A DNA stretch of 64,000 bases, taken from the IMG/VR virus record IMGVR_UViG_3300036846_001209, positions 1-64,000 of that record. One strand, 5' to 3'. Positions 38,161-46,356 of this stretch are shown piece after piece. This stretch comes from a virus. The notes beneath the pieces are model-generated. The model searched no databases and had not been told where the DNA came from. It worked only from the letters and a program-made list of their open reading frames with translations. The position numbers were made by a program, and so were the translations under genes. The number at the start of each line of letters is the position of its first letter. Within the stretch, counting starts at the first letter, position 1.

Positions 38161-38716
38161 AGAGGCGCGCGAACTCTACCGGAAGTACCGGGAGCACCAG
38201 CACTACTCGACGCCCATCGACCTCGAGATCCAGCGCGTCTACAGCGCGCTCGGGAAGGGCAAGGTCGTCGTCCAGGCGATCGCCTCGATCGCCAAAGCCG
38301 GGCTGAACGAGGACGGCCTGCCGAAGCTGGCGATCATCCGCGCCGCCGACGATGCGAATGAGCCGATCGAGACGTGCCACCTCTACATGCGCCACGACGG
38401 CGGCGCCCGGTTCGCGACGACGGCCTGGGCGAAGGATCGCAACTGGCGCACCTACGTCGACATGCCGGCCGGCAGCTTCCCTGAGTCCAAGCGCCGCAAC
38501 CTGCACTTCGGCGCCCAGGTGCCGCTGGTGCCGATCCACCTGCGCCCCAAGCGCGGGCTGGCGAACTACCACATCCTTTTCGAGGCGATCTGGGCGCCCG
38601 TTCCGCCAAAAGACCCCCTGCTTCTTCGGCGAATCGGCCGAAGCGATCTATGGGTCGTGTGCGCGGCCTGGGACCTGAGCGAAGTGGAACGTGCCGTTAT
38701 GGCCGGTCGGCTCTGA
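38129..38716 (+). CDS. conserved phage hypothetical protein
   Basis: 195 aa; VPLVP.HLRP...YHILFEA.W..P.DPLLL...AAWDL. Confidence 0.65.
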   Translation: MQTEQITVDREEARELYRKYREHQHYSTPIDLEIQRVYSALGKGKVVVQAIASIAKAGLNEDGLPKLAIIRAADDANEPIETCHLYMRHDGGARFATTAWAKDRNWRTYVDMPAGSFPESKRRNLHFGAQVPLVPIHLRPKRGLANYHILFEAIWAPVPPKDPLLLRRIGRSDLWVVCAAWDLSEVERAVMAGRL

Positions 38717-39204
38717 TGCCGACCTGTTCAGCCTGCGGCCTCAATAAGACCGAAGCTGAGATGGTCAAAGACGGCGGACGCCGTCACGCGAAGGGCTGGG
38801 TCGCTGGCGAGTGCAAGTCGTGCAAAAGCAGGCGACAGCGAGCGGTCTACGCACGCGATCCCCTGACCCACAAGAACCACGTGATGCGCTCGCGCTACGG
38901 CATCGACCTCGCCGAATACGAGCGTCTCCTGAAGGCGCAGAACGGCGTGTGCGCGATCTGTCGGCAACCTCCCAAACGGGGCGCGCTGCACATCGACCAC
39001 GACCATGCGACGGGGCGGGTGCGAGGCCTTCTATGCGCAAGGTGCAACTCGGCGGTCGACTGGTCGATCCGCTATGCCGAGAAGGCGAAGGAGTACATGG
39101 CGCGCGTCCTGATCGTGACATCGGCTGTCAGGACACGACGACCGAACTCGAGTACTTGGGAGCGTCCTGATCGTCGGACTCAGATCCCCCAGCGCTCTTC
39201 GTAG
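38716..39204 (+). CDS. endonuclease VII domain protein
   Basis: YGI...Y..LL..Q.GVCAIC...[21 protein letters not shown]. Confidence 0.85.
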   Translation: MPTCSACGLNKTEAEMVKDGGRRHAKGWVAGECKSCKSRRQRAVYARDPLTHKNHVMRSRYGIDLAEYERLLKAQNGVCAICRQPPKRGALHIDHDHATGRVRGLLCARCNSAVDWSIRYAEKAKEYMARVLIVTSAVRTRRPNSSTWERPDRRTQIPQRSS

Positions 39205-39398
39205 AGCCGCTTGCGCTCGGCGTAGGCGGCGTTGAAGGTGAGGCCCAGCCGCTCGGCCGCCTCGCGTATCTCGGACATCGTCTTCGCGCCCATCAGCAGG
39301 GCGTCGCGTTCTATGGGGGTCAACTGGCGTGGCCTCGGCGGCGGTGGCCGCGGCACGAGTGCAGCACGGAAACGGGCGATGCGATAGTCGTCCGGCAC
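39180..39398 (-). CDS. small HTH-like hypothetical protein
   Basis: [17 protein letters not shown]. Confidence 0.45.
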   Translation of the reverse strand: MPDDYRIARFRAALVPRPPPPRPRQLTPIERDALLMGAKTMSEIREAAERLGLTFNAAYAERKRLYEERWGI

Positions 39399-39417
39399 CC
39401 CCCGCCCCTCCTCGAGC

Positions 39418-39579
39418 TCAGCGCGCCGTCAGCGCGCCCCAGAAGAACACGATGGCGGCGGCCAGGAAGAAGCCGCGCGCGATGCGCTCCATGAACGGCG
39501 GCACCGGCTGCGGGAAGGTCGCCAGGAACCAGAAGATGAAGCCGAGCACGGTGAGGATGGCGAAGATGATGGTGGGCAT
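39418..39579 (-). CDS. 53-aa two-TM membrane protein
   Basis: MPTIIFAILTVLGFIFWFLATFPQPVPPFMERIARGFFLAAAIVFFWGALTAR; GGAGG RBS. Confidence 0.6.
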   Translation of the reverse strand: MPTIIFAILTVLGFIFWFLATFPQPVPPFMERIARGFFLAAAIVFFWGALTAR

Positions 39580-39653
39580 GGCTGCCTCCGGGTGATGCTC
39601 CCGTCACGCAACTGGATTACAGAAGGGCGCACCATACTCCAGGGAGAGTCCAG

Positions 39654-40229
39654 ATGGCCGATGCCCCGTTCTATGCCCTCGTCACCCCGATCGATCCGGC
39701 GCGCAGCGACGCGCCTGGCAGGCCGGTAGACCCCGGTTTCGGGCAGAAGCCGCATCCGATCCCGCCGCACATCGGTGGCGGCCCGGTACACCGCCCGTCG
39801 ACGCCGGGCCAGCCGGTCGATCCGAACTACGGCGCGGGCCATCCGCTGCCGCCGCACATCGGTGGCGCTCCGGTGGAACCGCCCCCGCATGTCGGCGGCG
39901 GCCCCGTGACCCCGCCCGGTTCGCCGACGCACCCGACCGCGCCGGACGGTGGCACGCCGATGCCGCCGGTCCACTACCCGCCCACCATCTGGCCGCCGGA
40001 CGGCCCGCAGCCGAAGGACGGCGACCTCCTGCTGCTCGCCTGGATCCCGGGACACGGCCTCGCCTGGGTGGTGGTCGACACCGACCTGATGCCGTCGAAC
40101 GAACTGCCCAAGCCGCCCGCGCATGTCGGTGGTGGGCCCGCCCAGCCGCCGAGTTCCACGAAGCCGCCTCCGACGCCGCCAGGCGCGCCGGCGCAGCCCG
40201 TCCAGCCGACGCCCGCGCCGAAGGCGTAG
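39654..40229 (+). CDS. proline-rich repeat protein
   Basis: PPH[I/V]GG[G/A]P x3 plus PAHVGGGP, PVDP x2, and a short LAWIPGHGLAWVVVD core. Confidence 0.65.
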   Translation: MADAPFYALVTPIDPARSDAPGRPVDPGFGQKPHPIPPHIGGGPVHRPSTPGQPVDPNYGAGHPLPPHIGGAPVEPPPHVGGGPVTPPGSPTHPTAPDGGTPMPPVHYPPTIWPPDGPQPKDGDLLLLAWIPGHGLAWVVVDTDLMPSNELPKPPAHVGGGPAQPPSSTKPPPTPPGAPAQPVQPTPAPKA

Positions 40230-40279
40230 AGCTTCTCCGCGCGCACCACCCCAGCCGGTGACCGCGCGAGGCAGGGAAC

Positions 40280-40310
40280 CCCCGGTGGTCTTCACAGCGC
40301 CGGGGGTTTT
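40280..40310 (+). terminator. intrinsic terminator
   Basis: CCCCCGG...CCGGGGG followed by TTTT. Confidence 0.55.
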
Positions 40311-40457
40311 CGCGTGCAAGTTAAGCTTGATCGACCTGACGGATGCGCCCATATTGGTTGGCGCTCGGGGCTGGGACATCGACCCTCCCCTTCCTGAACA
40401 TGCCCCCCAAACCCTGAAGAAGGGGACCCGGCCTCGAGCGTTGGCACCCCGCCGATG

Positions 40458-40492
40458 AAGCCCGTCGATAACCCCCTTTCGACGGGCTTTTT
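40458..40492 (+). terminator. intrinsic terminator
   Basis: AAGCCCGTCGA-loop-TCGACGGGCTT then TTT. Confidence 0.7.
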
Positions 40493-40695
40493 CGTGTGTC
40501 TGCTTGATGGATGGGGAAACTGGGTCTGCCGCTTACGGCGGCGCCTATCCACCGCTTAAGCAAAAAAAAGGCGCTGATGCGTCACAAAAGCGGTTGTGGT
40601 TTGTCACGAAACGCTGATAGCGTCCTCAACGCCAAGCTTGACTTGGTGGGGGACTGACGCGGCCCTTTCCGCGTCCCAACAGGGACTACCCACAC

Positions 40696-41037
40696 ATGAA
40701 GCATCTCTTTGCGGCGGCTGCCGCCGTCGCCATGCTCGGCTTCGCCGGTATGGCCGCTGCGGCCACCGCCACCTCGGCGACCGCAGCGAGCGGCGTCGCC
40801 AGCGGCACCTTCTCGGTGGCGGCAGGCCCCGGCACCACGGTCGCGGCCTCGGCCGCCACGAACACCACGCACAGCACCTCTGCGGCGCTGAGCCTGCAAC
40901 CGGTGTTCTCGACGACCGCCGCCAACACGACCACGACCGGCTCGAGCGCGAACGCTTCGTCTTCGAACCAAGCCTCCATCGCTGGCGGCTTCTCGTTCCA
41001 GAGCGGCTTCGGCACCGCAGCGGCGCTGGCCCACTAA
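40696..41037 (+). CDS. secreted Ala/Ser/Thr-rich small protein
   Basis: Sec-type signal peptide (MKHLFAAAAAVAMLGFAGMAAA); mature part has no D/E/K/R. Confidence 0.7.
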   Translation: MKHLFAAAAAVAMLGFAGMAAAATATSATAASGVASGTFSVAAGPGTTVAASAATNTTHSTSAALSLQPVFSTTAANTTTTGSSANASSSNQASIAGGFSFQSGFGTAAALAH

Positions 41038-41101
41038 GTCGATCCGGCCTCAAACCCGCGATGGGAGCCCTCCTCTCGCGGGACCGGGCCGGACACGAAG
41101 G

Positions 41102-41135
41102 GAGGCGGCGGGGGCAACCCGCCGCCTCTTTCTTT
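41102..41135 (+). terminator. intergenic intrinsic terminator/attenuator
   Basis: GAGGCGGCGGG-GGCAA-CCCGCCGCCTC followed by TTTCTTT. Confidence 0.7.
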
Positions 41136-41158
41136 CTCAACCCTGGTGGGGGACACCC

Positions 41159-42142
41159 ATGCAACGACTTCTCGCGACCACTGCGGTCGCGCTCACGATC
41201 TTCGGCGGCGCTGCCCAGGCGCAGCAGACCTCGACCTCCGACGCCGCATCGAACGCCCAGCAGGGCCAGCTTCAAGCCCAGACCCAGTCGCAAGGCGCGC
41301 AGACCAACTCCAACGGCGCGAACACCAACGGCCCGCAGACCACGACGGTGGGTCCGCAGACCTCGACCAGCAACAGCGCCTCGGGCGCGGTCGCAGGCTC
41401 CAACTCGGCGGCGAACAACGGCGGCCAGCAGACCACCGTCACCGCGGCCCCGGTGAGCTCGTCGGCGAACGACACCTCGCGCTCTGACTCCGAGTCCAAC
41501 TCAGCTTCGCTCTCGCACTCGGTGGCGACCGGCGGCCAGGGCGGCTCGGCGACCTCGTCGGCGCAGGGCGGCTCCTCGACCTCCAACGGCGGCTCGTCCA
41601 ACGCCGCCGCCAACAACCAAGCCTCCAACGCGGGCAACGCCCAGCAGGTGACGCTGAACTCCACCGTGCCTGCGCACACCACGGCGGACGTCAAGACCGT
41701 CGCGCAGATCAACGCGCCCGCGCTGACCACCACGCTGACGGACACCTGCATGGGATCGTCCAGCATGTCGGGGACCGGCATGGGCTGGGGCATCTCGATC
41801 GGCTCGACCTGGGAGGACCGCAACTGCAACCGCCGCCTCTACGCCCGCGAGGTCGCCAGCCTGACCGGCGATCGCGAGGCGGCGCGAGCCGTCCTGTGCG
41901 GCGACGAGATGGTGCGGAAGGCGTTCGAAGAGGTGGGCCGCCCCTGCCCGACGCCGCAGGCGGCCCAAGGCCCGGCCTCGTTCGTGCCGCCGCCGCCGCC
42001 GCCGCCGCCGAACCAGTATCTCTACGCCGCGCCGCCCCCGCCCCCGCCGCCGCCGCCGCCGGAAGGCGCGCAGCAGTCGGCGCCTGGGACGATGCAGCCC
42101 ATCCCCAACGACTATGAAGGGCCAAAGGCGCCTCGGAACTAG
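41159..42142 (+). CDS. secreted S/N/Q/G-rich protein with 4-Cys C-terminal domain
   Basis: Signal peptide (…AAQA), long SNQG-rich region, DTCMGS…NCNRR…LCGD…PCP and a poly-Pro tail. Confidence 0.7.
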   Translation: MQRLLATTAVALTIFGGAAQAQQTSTSDAASNAQQGQLQAQTQSQGAQTNSNGANTNGPQTTTVGPQTSTSNSASGAVAGSNSAANNGGQQTTVTAAPVSSSANDTSRSDSESNSASLSHSVATGGQGGSATSSAQGGSSTSNGGSSNAAANNQASNAGNAQQVTLNSTVPAHTTADVKTVAQINAPALTTTLTDTCMGSSSMSGTGMGWGISIGSTWEDRNCNRRLYAREVASLTGDREAARAVLCGDEMVRKAFEEVGRPCPTPQAAQGPASFVPPPPPPPPNQYLYAAPPPPPPPPPPEGAQQSAPGTMQPIPNDYEGPKAPRN

Positions 42143-42269
42143 CTTCCCGCCCGTCGATCATCCGGTCCCCCCGATGATCGTCGCCCCAGCGCGGGCTCTG
42201 GCTGGCGCGCTCTTCCCCCTTGATCCTTCGGGGAAGGGCGCGTCGGTTACCGCCAGGGAGGAGATCCCG

Positions 42270-42878
42270 ATGACAGATCCTGTAATCGTTGCCGCCGCCG
42301 CGCTGATGCTGATCCCGTCGCTCGCGCCGGATGTCCGCGTGCCGCCGCTGCACGCCTTCACCGTGCCCGAGGCGGCGGCCGCCTACAGCGCGTTCTGCGA
42401 GCGCCCTTTCGAGGACGAGCCGAACGCTCACCATGTGCGCCACCTGACTCCTGGGCCGTCCTCCCAGAACCACCTCACCGTCCGCTTGCGCCCGTCGCCA
42501 AGGCCGCTGCCGGTCTACGTCCGACACCATCACCACCACCGATGAACGAGGTCGACCGCGCGCTGCTCGCCGAGGTCGCGGGCGCCCTCGTAGCGTTCGC
42601 CATCTTCATCGCCGCCTACGGGATCGGCCGCTGGATGAAGCGCCGCCACTGGGCGCGGGTGGCGCGCGAGGACGCGGAGTCGGCGGCCAGCTACAAGGGC
42701 GCGGACGGACATGAGTGACCTGACCACGCTGGCGACGCTGAGCCGGGTGCTGGGCCGGGCGAAGCAGCGGTTCAGCGCGGAGATGCGCTGGGACCCGAGC
42801 GCGCTACGGGTGCTTGAGGTGATCCTCGAGGAACTCCACCGCGAGATCGACGGGCCGCCGCCGCCCGAGACGGACTAG
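42270..42878 (+). other. three small coupled ORFs (42270-42545, 42542-42718, 42711-42878)
   Basis: GAGGAG RBS before 42270; the second ORF has a TM helix. Confidence 0.5.
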
Positions 42879-43105
42879 ACGATGGGCGTGGGCTCGCCTG
42901 GCTTGATCAGGCGCATCTCGAGGACATAGCCGAGCGGTTCGGCCCTCCACCCGACGCCTAGCAGGCGGGACAGCCGGAACACCGAGATCCAGAAGAGCGC
43001 GCTCGGCAGCGAGTGGCCGACATAGGCGCGCGCGTTGGTGCCGCGCAGGTAGAGCTTCCAGCCCGCGTAGTCGCGGCGCCCGTAGATCCGTCGCCAGTGC
43101 GTCAT
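42875..43105 (-). CDS. hypothetical protein
   Basis: 76 aa, GGAG RBS, directly downstream of the tRNA. Confidence 0.5.
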   Translation of the reverse strand: MTHWRRIYGRRDYAGWKLYLRGTNARAYVGHSLPSALFWISVFRLSRLLGVGWRAEPLGYVLEMRLIKPGEPTPIV

Positions 43106-43122
43106 GGTGAGCTCCAGGGGAT

Positions 43123-43197
43123 TGGCCCCTCCCCGACGGGTCGAACGTCGATTCTCGGGACCAAGGCCCGATGTCCTACCGATTGGACGAGAGAGGG
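43123..43197 (-). tRNA. tRNA-Gln(TTG), atypical
   Basis: Full cloverleaf: CCCTCTC/GGGAGGG acceptor, GTCC/GGAC D-stem, TCGGG/CCCGA anticodon stem with loop CC-TTG-GT, CGACG-TTCGACC-CGTCG T-arm, G73 and encoded CCA. Confidence 0.8.
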
Positions 43198-43263
43198 AAA
43201 GGGGTCGGTGGGATGGCGTCTTGCGGCATCAGGGGGCCTGGGCCACCCCACCTCCCCGTCGGC

Positions 43264-43608
43264 CTATTCGGCCTTCGGCTCTTCGTGGGCCTCTTCGGCC
43301 TCTTCCTCGGCCTGCGGCTCTTCGCGCAGCGCCTGGGCCTGGTCCTCGGACATCGGCTCGGCGACCACCTCTGGCGCGTCGGGTTTCACTTCTTCGTCGG
43401 GCATCTCAGTTCTCCTATCCGCCCAGTGCGGACGACGGGAGCGTAGCAGTAGTAGTGACGAAGTCGAGGGGTCGCCTGCGCGGATGAACTGGATCATGCG
43501 GACGAGCCAGCCGTTGGCCGAGATCTCGTCTGCGGCAGCGCACCGCTCGACATATTCCCAGAGCTCGGGCTTGAGGCGGACGGTCTTCACGATGGTGCTG
43601 CGTGGCAT
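43264..43608 (-). CDS. Arc/ribbon-helix-helix-like regulator, in frame with an acidic peptide that has its own RBS
   Basis: KTVRLKPELWEYVERCAAADEISANGWL; internal AGGAG-N7-ATG (MPDEEV…). Confidence 0.55.
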   Translation of the reverse strand: MPRSTIVKTVRLKPELWEYVERCAAADEISANGWLVRMIQFIRAGDPSTSSLLLLRSRRPHWADRRTEMPDEEVKPDAPEVVAEPMSEDQAQALREEPQAEEEAEEAHEEPKAE

Positions 43609-43684
43609 GGCCGTTGCGGTGTCACCGCCAAGATGTTAAGCCGGTAATACCGCACAACGCGGTGAACTCTCAATAGGAGACGCT

Positions 43685-44077
43685 ATGTCCGAGAGCAGCA
43701 ACGTCCGGCAGCTGATGTCGACAGCGAGCCATCCGATCCCGATGACCGTCACCGAGCTCCTCGCCAACACCGGCAAGCCGCGGCAGTCGAACCGGGCGGC
43801 GGTGAAGTACCACACGCTGCAGATCTACGAGCGCGATCTGCCGCTGCTGATCGCCACCGACCACGAGGAAGCGGTCGAGGGTTCGATCCGCAGCGACGAA
43901 GAGGCGTTCGCCCGGCGGGTGCGCGAGAACGCCGCGAAGGTGGGCGACACCCAGGTCAGCGAGATGAAGGTCTTCACCATCATCAAGTATGTCCGCGACA
44001 TCATGGACAAGGATCTGAAGATCGGGCGCAAGCAGCGCAAGCGCGGGACCTACGAGTCCCTGCCGGTCATCGAGTAG
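43685..44077 (+). CDS. hypothetical protein
   Basis: 130 aa, AGGAG RBS. Confidence 0.65.
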   Translation: MSESSNVRQLMSTASHPIPMTVTELLANTGKPRQSNRAAVKYHTLQIYERDLPLLIATDHEEAVEGSIRSDEEAFARRVRENAAKVGDTQVSEMKVFTIIKYVRDIMDKDLKIGRKQRKRGTYESLPVIE

Positions 44078-44139
44078 GTGCGGGGAGGGAGGGAAGGGCT
44101 CTTGGCGCCCGCCCTCCTTCGCCTTTTCAGGATTCCGAC

Positions 44140-44700
44140 ATGACCACGAAACCCCGCGCCCGCCGACCGCGCCGCACTCGCGACGAGGCCGAGCGCTATG
44201 CCGCCCACCTCGTCCTCGATCTGGGCAAGACCCACAAGCAGGCGATGGCGCGCGCTGGGCTCGACTCCGAGCAGACCGTCAAGACCTCGGTCGCCCGCGA
44301 GGAAGGCAGGCGCGAGATCCTCGCCCTGCAGCAGCTTTCCCTCACCAAGCAGCAGGCCGCCCTGCTGGCGCGCGAGCGCCTCTTCTTCAACCAACTCGTC
44401 GTCGACGAAGTCTCGCGCCGCATCGGCGATATCTGGCTGCCTTCCGAGAAGCAGCGCATCGCCGAGATGGAAGACGCGCTCGCGAACCAATCGAAGGCGC
44501 CGCTCACCAACGCCGAGTACCGGACGCTCCTCGCCGCGCTACACCCCGATTCCAGCGTCGAGCGCCGCACCGAAGCGTTCCACATCGTCACGGATAAGGC
44601 GCTGCGCCTGCGCGGCCTCGACCAAGCCGCGCCGCGCGTCTTGAGCGCACTGCCCACCACCGTCGAGGAACTCCTCGCTCGCAGCCGCAGGCGCGCCTAG
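44140..44700 (+). CDS. hypothetical protein with C-terminal J-domain-like HPD motif
   Basis: AEYRTLLAALHPD....RTEAF. Confidence 0.55.
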   Translation: MTTKPRARRPRRTRDEAERYAAHLVLDLGKTHKQAMARAGLDSEQTVKTSVAREEGRREILALQQLSLTKQQAALLARERLFFNQLVVDEVSRRIGDIWLPSEKQRIAEMEDALANQSKAPLTNAEYRTLLAALHPDSSVERRTEAFHIVTDKALRLRGLDQAAPRVLSALPTTVEELLARSRRRA

Positions 44701-45323
44701 GTGTAGGCGAACGAGCCGCTGCCGAAGTCGCCTGGCGAACCGGCCGCGCCGATCAGCGGATTCGGGTTGCCGCCCTTGCCGCTGAAGATGCCGCCGCCGG
44801 GCATCGCGCCGCCGCCGCTGGTCCCGCCTGGGACGCCCGAGAGGTTGGTGGTGCCGCCCGAGGCGACGCCGCCCGCGCCGCCGACGCCGTTGGTCTGGCC
44901 GCCGCCGCCGGGGCCAGCCACCATGTTGAGCCCGAACGCGCTCGAGGTGATCGTCGAGGCGGTCGAGGTCTGGCCGGGGAAGGCGTTGGCGCCCTGCGCC
45001 TGACCACCTGCGCCGCCCGGCGTCAGCAGCAGCGTCAGGCTGGCGCCCCAGTTGGCCGGCGTCAGCGGGATGGTGCGCATGCAGATCGCCCCGGATCCGC
45101 CGCCGCCGCCGACGTTGCCGCCACCGTTGCCGCCGCCGCCGCCTGGTCCGCCGACCGCGGCGACCAGCTGAGAGGGCCCAACGCCGGTCACCGGGTTGCC
45201 CGGCACCGTCTCCGTGTAGGTCCCCGGCGCGCTTGTGTAGGTGTGCGTCACCGGGGTGAAGCCGCCGCCGGGCGGGCCGCCACCCGGCGCCGTCGACGTC
45301 TGCTGCCGGACGGCGAAGGTCAT
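44697..45323 (-). CDS. glycine-rich tail-associated protein
   Basis: 208 aa with GGGG-rich repeats; last gene of the tail operon. Confidence 0.6.
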   Translation of the reverse strand: MTFAVRQQTSTAPGGGPPGGGFTPVTHTYTSAPGTYTETVPGNPVTGVGPSQLVAAVGGPGGGGGNGGGNVGGGGGSGAICMRTIPLTPANWGASLTLLLTPGGAGGQAQGANAFPGQTSTASTITSSAFGLNMVAGPGGGGQTNGVGGAGGVASGGTTNLSGVPGGTSGGGAMPGGGIFSGKGGNPNPLIGAAGSPGDFGSGSFAYT

Positions 45324-45344
45324 GGGGTAAGCATCTCAGTACGT

Positions 45345-45446
45345 GGTCCGGTGAGGCATGGCGCGGCAAGCCTAGGCGTGGCGCGGCACGGCACGGTAGG
45401 ACTCGGCATGGCAAGGGGGGGGCGGCTTGGTTTCAGGTCGCCCCCC
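45345..45446 (+). ncRNA. GGY-NN pentamer array plus terminal hairpin (guide-RNA-like)
   Basis: 14 in-phase pentamers at 45345-45414 (12 begin GGY), then a 13-bp stem GGGGGGCGGCTTG-GTTT-CAGGTCGCCCCCC; intergenic. Confidence 0.65.
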
Positions 45447-45447
45447 G

Positions 45448-46356
45448 TCACGCGAAGCCTTTCAGCAACGAGCACAACCACGTGCCGCTGGTCGCGAAGT
45501 AGCTCGCCACCAATAAATCGACGCTGCCCGCGGGCGTCGACAGCACGCCCGCCGAGCCGCCCACCCAGCGGAAGTTGGACGGCCACATCATGGTGCGCGA
45601 GCCCGTGCCGTCCTGCGCGAGGCGCACGTTCACGGTCTGCCCGTCGATCTGGTTGGAGAACACTGGGGCGGCGCTGACGCTGGCCGACAGGATCACCGAG
45701 AAGACGTTGGAGAGCGAGCAGTCGATCGGCATCGAGGCGGCGGCGAAACTGAGCGTCTGCGTCTGGGTGGCCGCCGAGCCGCCCTGCACCACCAGCTTCG
45801 ACGTCACGAAGCCGCCGATCGCGAGGTTGCCGCCGAGTGCGAGCGCACCACCGACGGTGAGGGTGTCGGTGGCGGCGACGTAGGTCAGCCCAGCATCGCC
45901 CGCGAGGCCGCCGGCGGCGTTGAACTGCACCTGACCGGGCAGGCCGCCCGCCGCGGCGGCGATGGTGTTGGCGAGGCGCCCGCCGTTGATCGGGTCGATG
46001 ACCACGGTGGCGGCGTTGCCGGGCGGGATGGTTGCGACGCCGCCGCCGCTGGCCGAGCCGAAGCTGACGGCGGGCGCGCCGGCCGGCGAGGCGTTGGCGA
46101 CGAAGAAGAAGCGGCCGACCCCGGCTGGGGTCTGGTAGGTGACCGGACTCGCCGGCGTGCCGGTGATCACGAGATTGGCGGCGCCGTACTGCGCCAGGGT
46201 GAGCGCGACGGTCCCCGAGGCGCCCGCGGCGTTCAGCGTGACGAGTCCGCCGAGCGCGGTGTCGATCGCCCCCATGTTGGCGTTCACCGGCCCGTCCCAG
46301 ATGCCGATGTCGGTGTTGTTGGCGGGCTGGACGAGTTGGAGGTTCGGCGTCGCCAT
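45448..46356 (-). CDS. tail fibre/needle-like structural protein
   Basis: MATPNLQLVQP…GIWDGPVNANMGAID N-terminus; C-terminal LAQDGTGSRTM.WP..FRW.GG..LST…VDL domain. Confidence 0.65.
   Translation of the reverse strand: MATPNLQLVQPANNTDIGIWDGPVNANMGAIDTALGGLVTLNAAGASGTVALTLAQYGAANLVITGTPASPVTYQTPAGVGRFFFVANASPAGAPAVSFGSASGGGVATIPPGNAATVVIDPINGGRLANTIAAAAGGLPGQVQFNAAGGLAGDAGLTYVAATDTLTVGGALALGGNLAIGGFVTSKLVVQGGSAATQTQTLSFAAASMPIDCSLSNVFSVILSASVSAAPVFSNQIDGQTVNVRLAQDGTGSRTMMWPSNFRWVGGSAGVLSTPAGSVDLLVASYFATSGTWLCSLLKGFA

Noticed and set aside
43100-43260. tRNA as a prophage attachment site or host boundary
   Set aside because: Phage genes lie on both sides, and no integrase or duplicated tRNA 3' end is seen in the window.
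45345-45414. CRISPR array or coding repeat (ORFs 44539-45414, 45243-45677, 45320-45586 cross it)
   Set aside because: There are no 25-40 bp repeats with spacers. The period is 5, not 3, and the crossing ORFs are Arg/Pro-rich shadows of real genes.
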